Source: Zymomonas mobilis subsp. mobilis ATCC 10988 | Lineage (GTDB): Bacteria > Pseudomonadota > Alphaproteobacteria > Sphingomonadales > Sphingomonadaceae | Direction: 5' to 3' | Assembly (NCBI RefSeq): GCF_000175255.2 | Contig: NC_017262.1 | Coordinates: 1,560,001 to 1,592,000 of the forward strand | DNA: 32,000 nt | Part shown: positions 1-10,601 of the stretch, one piece after another | Numbering within the stretch: the first letter of the stretch is position 1 | Layout of the letters: each line of letters starts with the position of its first letter | Program-made: the position numbers and the translations under genes | Notes under the pieces: model-generated | What the model was told of the DNA's origin: nothing | What the model saw: only the letters and a program-made list of their open reading frames with translations | Databases searched by the model: none

Positions 1-15
1 ATTGCCGTTTTTCGA

Positions 16-648
16 TCAGCCCTGCACCGTTTTTAGCTGTTTTTCTACAAGCGCCACTGCACGCTCGATGGCCATATCTATACCGAGTAAGCTTGAATCG
101 AGCAAGTCCGCATCTTCAGCCTGTTTCAGCGGCGCTTCTTTTCGGCTACTATCCCGAAGATCGCGGCTTTTGATATCTTCCAGAATGATATCATAGGTTA
201 AATCCGGATTATTTTTTACTAATTCGTCATAGCGTCTTTTTGCCCTAATTTCGGGCGATGCCGTGATAAATAGTTTGACATCCGCATCAGGAACAATGAC
301 CGTTCCGATGTCCCGTCCATCAAGAACCGCGCCACCTGTTTGAGCCGCAAAATCGCGCTGTCTTTTAATTAAAGCCTGCCTGACTTTTGGAAAGACAGAG
401 ATTTCTGAAGCCAGTTTTCCAGTTTGTTCACTGCGGAGTCGGGAATCAGACAACAGCGAGTCCGCAAAATCACAGGCAGACAGAGCATCAGATTCACGGC
501 TGGAATCGCCTTGGTTATCCAAGAGTGAGACGGCAACCGCGCGATAAAGCAAACCGGTATCGAGATAGGGAAGGGCATAATGCCGTGCCAAAGCGCGGGC
601 AACGGTGCCTTTCCCAGAAGCGGCAGGTCCATCTATCGCAATAATCAT
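16..648 (-). CDS. cmk: Cytidylate kinase
   Basis: 210-aa ORF starting MIIAIDGPAASGKGTVARALARHYALPYLDTGLLYRAV (P-loop and CMP kinase N-terminus), with GRDIGTVIVPDADVKLFITASPEIRAKRR; overlaps the aroA end by 4 nt. Confidence 0.97.
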   Translation of the reverse strand: MIIAIDGPAASGKGTVARALARHYALPYLDTGLLYRAVAVSLLDNQGDSSRESDALSACDFADSLLSDSRLRSEQTGKLASEISVFPKVRQALIKRQRDFAAQTGGAVLDGRDIGTVIVPDADVKLFITASPEIRAKRRYDELVKNNPDLTYDIILEDIKSRDLRDSSRKEAPLKQAEDADLLDSSLLGIDMAIERAVALVEKQLKTVQG

Positions 649-2006
649 TTTACAAGCCCCATTTCGAATTCAGCGCCCAATTCTTTGAATAGCTGACCAA
701 AGACCGGAAAACTGGTCATGATCGGACGGCGATCATCGATCGTGACCCCACCTTCGGAAACAAGACCGGCTACCGCAAAACTCATGGCAATCCGATGATC
801 GAGATGTGCAGCGATGGATACCATTTTGCCTTTTTGACCAAGGCCTTCACCCGCTGAGCCTTCGATAATCAGGCCGTCTTCTTTTTCTTCCAAAGAAACG
901 CCCAAGGCTTTTAGACCTTCTGCCATCACGGCAATACGGTCAGATTCTTTGACCCGTAATTCAGCGAGACCTTGCAGCGTGCTTTTACCTTCTGCCATGG
1001 CAGCGGCGATAAACAGAATGGGGAATTCATCAATCATCGACGGCACAATCGAAGGCGGCACGTCGATAGCCTTTAAATGAGAATATTTAACCGAAAGATC
1101 AGCAACAGGTTCACCGCCAACTTCTCGTGGATTGAGATATTCGATTTGACCGCCCATGGCTTTTAACATGGTATAGAGACCAGAACGGGTCGGGTTAAGG
1201 CCAACATTTTCAACAATCAGATCAGACCCCGGAACAATAAGTCCCGCTACGACCAGAAAAGCCGCTGAGGAGGGGTCACCCGGCACTATAATATGCTGTG
1301 GTTTTAACTCGGCTTCGCCATGGATAGAGATAATCCTGACACCGTCATTTTCTTCGACCGAAAGATTGGCACCATAGCCTTTTAACATCCGTTCGCTATG
1401 GTCACGAGTCGGCACGGGTTCAATAACGCGGGTGATGCCCGGCGTATTCAAACCTGCCAGTAATATTGCTGATTTCACCTGTGCAGATGCAACCGGTAGG
1501 CGATATTCAATCGGGATCGCCGGATAAAGGCCGGTAACCGTCATCGGCAAGCGATTGCCTTCTGCCGCTGAAAAACGCGCCCCCATCAGAGAAAGCGGGG
1601 TTGAAATACGTCCCATTGGTCTTTTGGATAAAGAAGCATCCCCGATAAAGGTCGCCGTAATGGGATGGGAAGCGACAACTCCCATCAATAAACGGGTAGA
1701 GGTACCTGAATTACCCATATCCAAAGCCTTCTGCGGCTGTAAAAGACTTCCGACACCGACACCATGAATATGCCAGCATCCTTTTTCATCTTTTCGAATA
1801 TCCGCGCCCATAGAACGCATCGCTTCGGCTGTTGCCAGAACGTCTTCGCCTTCCAACAGGCCTTCTACAAAACTTTCACCAACCGCCAAGGCAGACAGCA
1901 TCAACGCCCGATGGGAAATTGATTTGTCACCAGGGACATGCACCTTGCCGGAAAGCGGCGGAGCCTTGCGACTAACAAGCGGGCAAGCGTGAACAGGACG
2001 GGTCAT
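645..2006 (-). CDS. aroA: 3-phosphoshikimate 1-carboxyvinyltransferase (EPSP synthase)
   Basis: 453-aa ORF with VPGDKSISHRALMLSALA, LDMGNSGTSTRLLMG and DHRIAMSFAVAGL motifs. Confidence 0.97.
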   Translation of the reverse strand: MTRPVHACPLVSRKAPPLSGKVHVPGDKSISHRALMLSALAVGESFVEGLLEGEDVLATAEAMRSMGADIRKDEKGCWHIHGVGVGSLLQPQKALDMGNSGTSTRLLMGVVASHPITATFIGDASLSKRPMGRISTPLSLMGARFSAAEGNRLPMTVTGLYPAIPIEYRLPVASAQVKSAILLAGLNTPGITRVIEPVPTRDHSERMLKGYGANLSVEENDGVRIISIHGEAELKPQHIIVPGDPSSAAFLVVAGLIVPGSDLIVENVGLNPTRSGLYTMLKAMGGQIEYLNPREVGGEPVADLSVKYSHLKAIDVPPSIVPSMIDEFPILFIAAAMAEGKSTLQGLAELRVKESDRIAVMAEGLKALGVSLEEKEDGLIIEGSAGEGLGQKGKMVSIAAHLDHRIAMSFAVAGLVSEGGVTIDDRRPIMTSFPVFGQLFKELGAEFEMGLVK

Positions 2007-2286
2007 CAGCTAATCTCATCTCTATTTTAACAGCCGAATATAGAAAAAAATGACAAAACGGCTTAGAAAACCGGCGTTGGCTTTTGACATGAGGCCTAGG
2101 CTATGGCAAGGCGCGCGATATTCATCTGTCCGAATTATTGTCAAAGACCTTGTTTTAAGGGCTGATACGGCTTTAATCCGGTAGGATAAATCCTCATACT
2201 CTATTTTGCTTTGGCATTTCAGTTTATTTTTTACGTAAATTTTGTGAAAAACTTTCAATCATCGGAAAACTCTGGAAGGACGGTTC

Positions 2287-2610
2287 ATGATCAAGCCTGA
2301 ATGGGGCACTAAGCGGACTTGCCCGAAATGCGGAACCCGTTTCTATGATCTCGGTAAGGAAGATCCTGTGACCTGCATCGAATGTGGGACTGAATGGACT
2401 CCCGAACCGATTCTCAAATCAAAACAACCTTTGCCTTTTGACGATCAGAAAAAGGGTGACGAAGCTGGTAAATCGGATGATGCAGATCTGGAAGCAGATC
2501 TCGATCTGGACGATACCGATGACGTTTCTCCCGACGATGATGTCGATGATTTGGGCGGTAATGAAGATATCGGCGTCAATACCTCTGATGACGAAGATGA
2601 AAATAACTAA
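2287..2610 (+). CDS. TIGR02300/FYDLN-type acidic protein with an N-terminal four-cysteine zinc-ribbon-like motif
   Basis: MIKPEWGTKRTCPKCGTRFYDLGKEDPVTCIECGTEWTPEPI followed by an Asp/Glu-rich tail; matches the alphaproteobacterial FYDLN acid family. Confidence 0.85.
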   Translation: MIKPEWGTKRTCPKCGTRFYDLGKEDPVTCIECGTEWTPEPILKSKQPLPFDDQKKGDEAGKSDDADLEADLDLDDTDDVSPDDDVDDLGGNEDIGVNTSDDEDENN

Positions 2611-2629
2611 AAAAAATTAAAATTAACAC

Positions 2630-2657
2630 TTGCAGGGGCGCGCAAATTGTTTATAGA
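2630..2657 (+). promoter_or_regulatory. Sigma70-like promoter for tRNA-Ala(GGC)
   Basis: TTGCAG (2630-2635), 16-nt spacer, TATAGA (2652-2657), followed by a GC-rich discriminator GGGCGCGC; about 35 nt upstream of the tRNA. Confidence 0.65.
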
Positions 2658-2692
2658 GGGCGCGCACCTGTTAAAAAACAGACGTAAAAATT

Positions 2693-2768
2693 GGGGCCGT
2701 AGCTCAGCTGGGAGAGCGTCGCAATGGCATTGCGAAGGTCAGGGGTTCGATCCCCCTCGGCTCCACCA
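2693..2768 (+). tRNA. tRNA-Ala, anticodon GGC
   Basis: 76 nt, GGGGCCG...CGGCTCCACCA, D-arm GCTC/GAGC, anticodon stem TCGCA/TGCGA with loop ATGGCAT, T-arm GGTTCGATCC, encoded CCA. Confidence 0.97.
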
Positions 2769-2780
2769 ATTTTTTAGAGA

Positions 2781-2804
2781 CCGCATTTTTAATGCGGTTT
2801 TTTT
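2781..2804 (+). terminator. Rho-independent terminator after tRNA-Ala(GGC)
   Basis: CCGCATT-TTT-AATGCGG perfect 7-bp stem followed by a run of T's. Confidence 0.85.
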
Positions 2805-2980
2805 ATGCCTTTTTGAGATCTGACCACTGACTTGCCTGTCAGATAACGCTTTCCGCCGTAGGGATTCCTTAATAATTAGAAATTGACGCATTAGAGTTGC
2901 GCCTGCTTCTTCTTGCAGGATGATGAGAAGCGGCCTTTTATTTGAAAAAATGAAAATACCCTGCCTCAAATCCTATAGAA

Positions 2981-3895
2981 TCAGGATATCGCGTCTAACA
3001 TCTCATGGGTAACGTCTAAAAAACGGGTCAGAGTCGGTGTTTGGTCGTCTTTTCGCCAAGCAATCCCTGTTTCCAGCAAGGCCGCCGGTTTTTGCAATTC
3101 GATATAGCGGACATCTCTTCTCGCCATATGACGTAATGATCGCGGCACTATTGCAATGCCCATAGAGGCCGCAACCAGACTGATGATAGTTTGCATCTGA
3201 ATCGCTTATTGCGCGATATTGGGATAACCGCCGCAAGCCTGATAATAATCCATCACAATATCATAAAAGGCGGGTGCAAAATGGCGCGGAAAAATAATCA
3301 AGGGTGCCTGTCTGACCGAATTCGGCGATAATTTTCGGTTTACCAAAGAAAGCCGTTGCTCTTTTATCCAAAGGGCAGGCACGGCCGCAATGAGAGGTTC
3401 GGAAACCAGCTTTTTATAAGAAAGGCTGCTCGGTAGTTCGCTACTCCTTGGAGGGATGATGATTCCGGCATGGCGGAGTCCCTTGGTTAAATCCGATATT
3501 TGGAGATCGCTTGTTGCTTCACTTAAAGATAATTCGACATCAGGATAAAGCGCGCGGTAACGCCTGACCAATATCGGCAAGATATTAAAATCGGCGGTGC
3601 TGACAAAAGATAAATCGAGATGGCCTTTGCTGCCTTCTTTTAATCTTTCGGCAATTTGGGGCAGGGCATCCACCTCTTTTAAGGCGGCTTCGACATAATC
3701 ACGCCATGCCTCGCCAAAAGGGGTTAAGGCGACATGGCGTTTGCTTCGGATAAAAAGCGCTGTTCCCAGTTCTTTTTCTAAGGCCATAATCGATTGACTA
3801 AGCGGTGGTTGAGTGATGCCTAGCTGTTCGGCGGCCTTCCCGAAATGCAAATTTTCGGCCACTGCAAGAAAATGTCTGAGCTGACGAATATCCAT
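2981..3895 (-). pseudogene. LysR-family transcriptional regulator interrupted by an in-frame stop codon
   Basis: N-terminal part (3206-3895) MDIRQLRHFLAVAENLHFGKAAEQLGITQPPLSQSIMALEKELG... ends YPNIAQ-stop at 3206-3208. The same frame resumes AIQMQTIISLVAASMGIAIVPRSLRHM..., matching the LysR effector-domain C-terminus. 3895 and 3196 are in the same frame (699 nt = 233 codons). Confidence 0.88.
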
Positions 3896-3996
3896 TTTTA
3901 ATATTTTATACGACTTTATTAGAAGAGAATAATATATTTTACTCGGCTTTTGATAGGCTTTAAAGAAGCCCTATCTAATTTTCTACAGGAAGAATA

Positions 3997-5853
3997 ATGC
4001 CTCCCTATCGTTCCAGAACCACGACTCATGGTCGTAATATGGCGGGTGCCAGAAGTTTATGGCGCGCAACCGGCGTCAAAAACGAAGATTTTGGTAAACC
4101 GATTATCGCTATTGCCAACAGCTTTACGCAATTTGTCCCCGGTCATGTCCATTTAAAGGATATGGGACAGCTTGTTGCTGAAGAAATTGAAAAAGCTGGT
4201 GGTATCGCCAAAGAATTCAATACGATTGCGATTGATGATGGTATCGCGATGGGACATGGCGGGATGCTCTATTCCTTGCCGTCTCGGGAATTGATTGCCG
4301 ATTCCGTCGAATATATGGTCAACGCCCATTGTGCTGATGCTTTGGTCTGTATTTCCAACTGCGACAAGATTACGCCTGGTATGTTGATGGCTTCGATGCG
4401 CCTGAATATCCCGACAGTTTTCGTCTCTGGTGGACCTATGGAAGCCGGTAAAGCTGAGGTCAAAGGCGTCAAGCGGGCGCTTGATCTGATAGATGCTATG
4501 GTGATTGCTGCCGATGACCATTACAGCGATGGTGAAGTCGAAGTTATCGAGCAGACGGCTTGCGCTACCTGCGGCTCCTGTTCTGGTATGTTTACGGCCA
4601 ATTCGATGAATTGCCTGACCGAGGCCTTGGGGCTTTCTTTCCCAGGTAATGGTTCGATGCTTGCGACCCATAGCGATCGGGAACAGCTTTTCCGCAAGGC
4701 TGGGCATACCATTGTTGATATGGCGCGCAGCTATTATGAGCAGGATGATGCCGCTGTATTACCGCGTTCAATTGCCACGCTTGAGGCTTTTGAAAATGCG
4801 ATGAGTCTTGATATCGCCATGGGTGGTTCCACCAATACGGTTTTGCATCTGTTGGCGGTCGCGCAGGAAGGCAACGTGCCTTTCACTATGGCGGATATTG
4901 ATCGTCTTTCCCGTCATGTCCCTTGCTTATGCAAGGTCGCACCGGCCAAAAATGATGTCCATATGGAAGATGTTCATCGGGCAGGGGGCGTTATGGCCAT
5001 TTTAGGCCAGCTTGATCGTGCCGGATTGATCAATACCAGCTTGCGCACCATTCATTCTCCGACTTTAGGCGCCGCATTGGACGCATGGGATATCAGCCGT
5101 GACAGTTGTTCTGAAGAAGCGCAGCTATTCTATCGCGCGGCTCCGGGGGGTGTTCCGACTCAAAAGGCTTTCAGCCAGTCTTCTCGTTATGAAGCGCTGG
5201 ATACTGACCGCGAAAAAGGTGTGATTCGTTCCAAAAATCATGCTTTTTCGACGGATGGTGGTCTGGCCGTCTTATTTGGCAATCTTGCTCCTGAAGGCAG
5301 TATCGTCAAAACCGCCGGTGTGGATGAGTCCATTCTGAAATTCACCGGTAAAGCCAAGGTTTACGAAAGTCAGGAAGCCGCCGTTGCCGGTATTCTTGGC
5401 AATGATGTCGAAGCTGGTGAAGTGGTGATCGTTCGCTATGAAGGTCCCAAAGGTGGCCCCGGTATGCAGGAAATGCTGTATCCGACCAGCTATCTGAAAT
5501 CGAAAGGTTTGGGTAAACTCTGCGCTCTGATTACCGATGGTCGTTTTTCTGGTGGTAGCTCTGGTTTATCCATCGGCCATGTTTCTCCTGAAGCGGCCGA
5601 GGGTGGCTTGATCGCTTTGCTCGAAACCGGTGATACAATCGTTATCGATATTCCTGAACGGATTATCCATCTGGATGTTGATGATGCTGTTATTGCCGAT
5701 CGTCATGCCCGCATGGAAGCCAAGGGGGCAGCGGCATGGAAACCTCAAAACCGTAATCGTCCGATTTCTTCGGCTTTGAAAGCCTATGCAGCTTTGACAA
5801 CAAACGCTGCCCGTGGGGCAGTTCGGGATGTCAATCAGCTCGAACGGCGTTAA
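3997..5853 (+). CDS. ilvD: Dihydroxy-acid dehydratase
   Basis: 618-aa ORF with [70 protein letters not shown]. Confidence 0.98.
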   Translation: MPPYRSRTTTHGRNMAGARSLWRATGVKNEDFGKPIIAIANSFTQFVPGHVHLKDMGQLVAEEIEKAGGIAKEFNTIAIDDGIAMGHGGMLYSLPSRELIADSVEYMVNAHCADALVCISNCDKITPGMLMASMRLNIPTVFVSGGPMEAGKAEVKGVKRALDLIDAMVIAADDHYSDGEVEVIEQTACATCGSCSGMFTANSMNCLTEALGLSFPGNGSMLATHSDREQLFRKAGHTIVDMARSYYEQDDAAVLPRSIATLEAFENAMSLDIAMGGSTNTVLHLLAVAQEGNVPFTMADIDRLSRHVPCLCKVAPAKNDVHMEDVHRAGGVMAILGQLDRAGLINTSLRTIHSPTLGAALDAWDISRDSCSEEAQLFYRAAPGGVPTQKAFSQSSRYEALDTDREKGVIRSKNHAFSTDGGLAVLFGNLAPEGSIVKTAGVDESILKFTGKAKVYESQEAAVAGILGNDVEAGEVVIVRYEGPKGGPGMQEMLYPTSYLKSKGLGKLCALITDGRFSGGSSGLSIGHVSPEAAEGGLIALLETGDTIVIDIPERIIHLDVDDAVIADRHARMEAKGAAAWKPQNRNRPISSALKAYAALTTNAARGAVRDVNQLERR

Positions 5854-5933
5854 AGTTATCAGACTGTTCTGCCAGCATTATGAGATGCTGGCAGATCGCT
5901 GTAAATTTGAAAGAAGTTTCAAGCCTTACTCGA

Positions 5934-7394
5934 TTATTTTTTCTGTCCCGTTATTTCTATTATTTCGACATGGGGAGAGATCCGCTTATATCGATGCGGA
6001 TAAGACATAATAATCTTCCACAAGGGGCTATATGTCGGATTCTTGTTAGCCAGTGTTATTCTGATCATGCTGTTCGGAACGGGCGTAACGATCGCCTTAT
6101 TGAGTGGGTCTAGAGACGCGCCTCGCTTTACAGCTTGATAAAAGTTGAAAAAATCGAGCTTATAGTCTTTCCCTGCCCAATAGCAGATTTCTGAAATGTC
6201 ACAGATAACCGGTGATTTTATCGCTTTGACATAACTAATAACATCGTCCCACTGCTGCTTTTCTCGATATAGGCGATGCTGATGGCCTATAATATTAGGA
6301 AGACAAAAGGCGGAAGTCGCTAGAACAGGCAGGAAAGCGACAACAGCTGAGGATAAAAAAGGCCTCTTTTCAGTCCATCGATTAGAAAATAACAAACCAA
6401 CTATAAGACTAAAAGCAATCAGGCTTTCAAAAAAAGCGTTATAAGAGACACCTTCGCCCAAAGATTCAAAAATACCAAATAACAAGGATAATGAGGCGAA
6501 AATAGCTAACAGACCTTTGGGGCTTGTTTTGGCCAAGTGGATATTTTTTTTCAGAAAAGACGCCGAAAAAATAATTAAAGGTAGAAAAATAGCGAGCCGT
6601 CCTAAAGCCTTTTTAATACGGCGTAATGTGATGACCCGTTTATGATGTAGTATATCTACTATCATAAAATGGTTATGATACAGGGCATTAAAGCCTATTG
6701 TAGAAATAATAATACCTGCCAGACCAAGTGTTACCCAAAGCAAAGCCATTTTTTTATCACGTATGAATAACCATCCGGTTACGGCTAAGGGGAGGGCAAA
6801 CAGATTATGCTTTATAAGGCCACCTATAATAAAAAATGTAGCAGCTGTAGTGATACGCAAAGCAGTTTGTTTTTGTATAATCGCAGACAATCCCAACAGC
6901 ATAAAAAAATGTGCCATCCATTGCGGATCATTCATGGCAATGTAACTGTGGAAGAAATAGCTGCTATAAAGAGCAAAAATTAAACTTCCGATATGCGCGC
7001 CTAAGCGATTGCCACCTGTCTGTAAGATCAGCCTGAAAATTAATATAACTGTGCCAAACCAAGCTGACAAAGCTAGTATTCGCCCAGCCCAGACCATATC
7101 GCCGATGGCATAACCAAGCCATCCGACAAGATAAAAAGAAAGAGGCGGATAATTATTAAAGATAAGGCTGTTATGTGGATCGGGATAAAGGGGCGCTGGT
7201 ACCAATCCCACGGCTCGTTCACTTAAATACGCATTCCATCCTTCGTTATATTCAAAAGGAATATGCGTAAATATCAGACTAATTTTGTCTGATATCAAGA
7301 GTAGAACAAGAGCCCATCCTATCAAAATTCCAAAAGATACAAGGAAATAAGAAGGGGGGCGACGAAAAAAAGAGAAATTATCAAGAATGGGCAA
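5934..7394 (-). CDS. Multi-spanning membrane protein resembling GT39/ArnT-type glycosyltransferases
   Basis: 486-aa very hydrophobic ORF; N-terminal periplasmic loop FEYNEGWNAYLSERAV...YPDPHNSLIFNNYPPLSFYLVGWLGY is typical of GT-C type transferases. Confidence 0.6.
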   Translation of the reverse strand: MPILDNFSFFRRPPSYFLVSFGILIGWALVLLLISDKISLIFTHIPFEYNEGWNAYLSERAVGLVPAPLYPDPHNSLIFNNYPPLSFYLVGWLGYAIGDMVWAGRILALSAWFGTVILIFRLILQTGGNRLGAHIGSLIFALYSSYFFHSYIAMNDPQWMAHFFMLLGLSAIIQKQTALRITTAATFFIIGGLIKHNLFALPLAVTGWLFIRDKKMALLWVTLGLAGIIISTIGFNALYHNHFMIVDILHHKRVITLRRIKKALGRLAIFLPLIIFSASFLKKNIHLAKTSPKGLLAIFASLSLLFGIFESLGEGVSYNAFFESLIAFSLIVGLLFSNRWTEKRPFLSSAVVAFLPVLATSAFCLPNIIGHQHRLYREKQQWDDVISYVKAIKSPVICDISEICYWAGKDYKLDFFNFYQAVKRGASLDPLNKAIVTPVPNSMIRITLANKNPTYSPLWKIIMSYPHRYKRISPHVEIIEITGQKK

Positions 7395-7510
7395 AACACG
7401 CCTCTAAACTATAAGAATGAATAACCTTTCTTTGCCTAATAAACATAATAGATAATTTGTCAAAATTGCGGCAATAATGACAATTATATTATGTACATTC
7501 CCTAAGAATA

Positions 7511-9316
7511 CTATTGAGTATTGTTAGAGTCTGCTATTTTCTGATCGCTGAATTGGAGCTGTGCGAGACGGGCATAGAGACCATTTTTTTGGATAAGCTG
7601 GTCATGGCTGCCTTCCTCAACAATCTTACCTTTATCCATAACGATGATTCTGTCCGCATGGCGGACAGTCGCCAGACGATGGGCAATGATGATCGAACTA
7701 CGTCCTTTCATCAGTTTTTCTAAAGCCTGTTGAACCGCTTGTTCTGATTCTGCGTCCAGTGCAGAGGTGGCCTCATCCAATAGTAACAGCGGAGCATCCC
7801 GTAGAATAGCGCGGGCAATTGCAATCCGTTGCCGTTGTCCCCCCGAAAGGCGTGCGCCGCCTTCACCAAGAAAGCTATCCAGTCCTTCTGGAAGGGCTTT
7901 CAAAAATTCTTCGGCATGAGCCGCACGAGCCGCCTGCCATAGCTCTTCGTCGCTGGCATCCCATCGCCCATATCTTAAATTGTCGCGGGCAGAGGCGGCA
8001 AAAATAACCGTTTCTTGGGGCACAACCGCGATATGAGAGCGGATATCGCTTAAATCGGCTTCTTTTAAATCCACACCTTCCATAGAAATCACGCCTGATG
8101 TCGGATCGTAAAAGCGTTGGATAAGCTGAAATAATGTTGTTTTTCCGGCACCCGAAGAGCCAACGACAGCCAGCCGTTCGCCGGCTTTCAGTTCAAGACT
8201 AAAATGGCTTAAGGCTTCTGTATCAGGACGCGAGGGATAGCGGAAACAGACATCCTGAAAAGTTAAACGTCCCTCTGTGCTGTGGGGTAAGGCCTTGGGA
8301 TGAGCGGGAGAAAGAATAGCCGGTTTTTCAGCGAGCAGATCATTCAATCGGCTGGCGGCACCGGCACCCCTAAGTAAATCACCATAGACCTCGCTTAACG
8401 CACCGAACGCACCGGCAACGACCCCGCCCGTCAGAACAAAAGCAGCAATGGTGCCGCCTGACACCAAACCCGCGGCGACATCTAGCGCACCACGCCACAT
8501 AATCAGGATAATCGCCGTAAAAATCAGCAAAATGACCAAAGCGGTCATGAAAGCCCGCAGCGTAATCCGTTTTTTTGCTGTCTCAAAAGTGAGTTGAACA
8601 GCCTGACCAAAACGGTCGGATTCTCGATCTTCCTGACCAAAAGCCTGAACAATTTTCATCGCGCCCAAGGTTTCGGTAATCAGGCTGCTGAGATCAGCTA
8701 TCCGATCCTGACTTTTTCGGGACAATCGCTGTAATCGCCGACCGATAAAAATAATAGGGAAGACCACAATCGGAATACCGCCCAACAACATGGCGGTTAA
8801 ATGAGGTGCCAGCATAAAAAGATAGGCGGTGCCGCCAAGGCCAGTAATCAGATTGCGAAGGGCGACCGACGCCGTAGAACTGACAATCTGGTCAATCAGA
8901 GTCGTATCAGTGGTTAAGCGGGAAGCAATTTCAGAAGGTCGATTCTCTTCAAAAAAAGCAGGGGGCATTTGCATTAAATGGCGGCTGATAGCCATCCGAA
9001 TATCGGCAATAACCCGCTCACCCAACCATGAAACACAATAAAATCGGGCAGCGGTTGCAAGCGCCAGTAAAAAAATGATGCCCAGCATATAGCAAAAATA
9101 AAGATTGATATCATGGGTGCCACTATCGCCGCCAAAACCGCGATCAATCACCATTTTGAAAGCGGCAGGTATCGCAATCGTTGCTGTCGAAGAAAGGAGC
9201 AAAGCCAACAGAGCCCCGAAAATCCATATCGGATAACGGCTGGCAAATTGCCAAAGCATTCGGAGCTGGCCAAGCGTCTTTCTCTTTTTCGGCGTTGCTT
9301 TTGTCGCTTGCTTCAC
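7511..9316 (-). CDS. ABC transporter with fused transmembrane and ATP-binding domains (MsbA-like exporter)
   Basis: 601-aa ORF; Walker A GSSGAGKTT, signature LSGGQRQRIAIARAIL, Walker B LLLLDEATSALD, plus an N-terminal six-TM ABC membrane region. Confidence 0.93.
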   Translation of the reverse strand: MKQATKATPKKRKTLGQLRMLWQFASRYPIWIFGALLALLLSSTATIAIPAAFKMVIDRGFGGDSGTHDINLYFCYMLGIIFLLALATAARFYCVSWLGERVIADIRMAISRHLMQMPPAFFEENRPSEIASRLTTDTTLIDQIVSSTASVALRNLITGLGGTAYLFMLAPHLTAMLLGGIPIVVFPIIFIGRRLQRLSRKSQDRIADLSSLITETLGAMKIVQAFGQEDRESDRFGQAVQLTFETAKKRITLRAFMTALVILLIFTAIILIMWRGALDVAAGLVSGGTIAAFVLTGGVVAGAFGALSEVYGDLLRGAGAASRLNDLLAEKPAILSPAHPKALPHSTEGRLTFQDVCFRYPSRPDTEALSHFSLELKAGERLAVVGSSGAGKTTLFQLIQRFYDPTSGVISMEGVDLKEADLSDIRSHIAVVPQETVIFAASARDNLRYGRWDASDEELWQAARAAHAEEFLKALPEGLDSFLGEGGARLSGGQRQRIAIARAILRDAPLLLLDEATSALDAESEQAVQQALEKLMKGRSSIIIAHRLATVRHADRIIVMDKGKIVEEGSHDQLIQKNGLYARLAQLQFSDQKIADSNNTQ

Positions 9317-10601
9317 GATTTTATCCCTGATTCTTTTGCCCCTTCGATAAAGATATTTATGAAGAGTCCCTTTAAAACCGGCTTGCGCTGAAAAGCCTGA
9401 AAATATGTTTTATTGCAAGCGAGATATCATTTTTTACGGTCAAAAGAAAAAAATGAATGAACCCGTGATGCTTTAAATGCGTTTTCTTTACCTGTAATGA
9501 ATATCCTGTTCCGATTTTGAGGTGCATCCTTGATGCCGATTTTTCCTAGAATTTTGAGCAATATGCCTGTCATGGCGATGTTGACGCTTTTACCTGCCTT
9601 GACTGTGCCTTGTTCTGCCCATGGCCGGATGCCATTGTTATCAAAGCGTGTTTTGGATCCTTTTTTTGAGACAGCTGCTAACAACCGTCTAAAAACGGCT
9701 ACGGATAAAAAAACGGTATCGGCCGCTTCACTCTCTTTCATTCAGGATAAGAAATTTTTTTCACCAGTATCGGAGCTATCCGTATCGGGACAGAATGAAC
9801 AGCGTCAAGATAAGCATGTAGCAGAGCTTCCAAAAGACGCGGCAATCTCAGCCCCAATCTCAAATGTTCAAAAGGCTTCCTCTGAAAAAATAGCCTCCGA
9901 TCCCGTGGTGGCCGTTTTGTCTCCAGCTGATCTGCAAAAAAAAATAGCCGAGGCAACAGACCTCAATCGTCAGAATAAAAACACGGATGCTTTGGCTGTC
10001 CTTGATCCGCTTCTGCCTGCCTTGAAAGGGCATGACCGCGTTTCTATCCAGCTTTTACGAATCCCTTGTCTTGCCAGTCTCGGCTATGATGATGAAATCA
10101 TCTCTGCTTACGACAATATCAAAGGCATTGAGCCGGATAATGGCGCTGTCATCAGTGTCGGGATATTGATCGCCCTTTCTCAAAATGATTTTTCCAAAGC
10201 GGCTGAAAGGTTGCTTGTTTTAACCGATAAAGACCCTGCACGAATTGCCCGTTTTGATAGCGATATGGTGCAAGCGATTCTGATTCAGGCAAAGGCACAA
10301 AAAGACCCGACTATTTGGCAAAATCTGGTTTTAGGCTTGGCACGTAGTAGTTGGGGCGTTGCCGAAGGCCCTGATATCCGCGATCCTTTGATGCAGCAGG
10401 CTGTAACAGTTTATCTTGCCAAACATCAAAATGAAGATGCCGCCGACCTTTTGAGAGAAATTGCCGATCCTGAGAGACTCATGGAAATGGCCATTTCTCG
10501 TCGCTATGAGCCTATTTGGCCAGATATCGAGCGCCGCCTTGGCAATCATAGTCAGGATAGTTTGCGGCAATTTTCAGGTTTTTGGCTTAATGCTTTGGCT
10601 A

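Noticed and set aside
2022-2258. 78-aa minus-strand ORF upstream of aroA
   Set aside because: No recognisable family or strong RBS; probably intergenic.
2384-2620. 78-aa ORF overlapping the FYDLN-type gene
   Set aside because: Low-complexity out-of-frame translation of the acidic tail.
2739-2969. 76-aa minus-strand ORF
   Set aside because: Overlaps tRNA-Ala(GGC) and its terminator, so coding is unlikely.
2693-3895. tRNA plus adjacent broken LysR gene as a possible genomic-island boundary
   Set aside because: No integrase, no direct repeat of the tRNA 3' end found downstream, and both flanks look like core genes.
4153-4707. 184-aa minus-strand ORF
   Set aside because: Antisense shadow of ilvD, with no recognisable domain.
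9738-9956. 72-aa minus-strand ORF in the interrupted repeat protein gene
   Set aside because: Out-of-frame shadow; the plus-strand reading is supported by the exact reconstruction across the IS.
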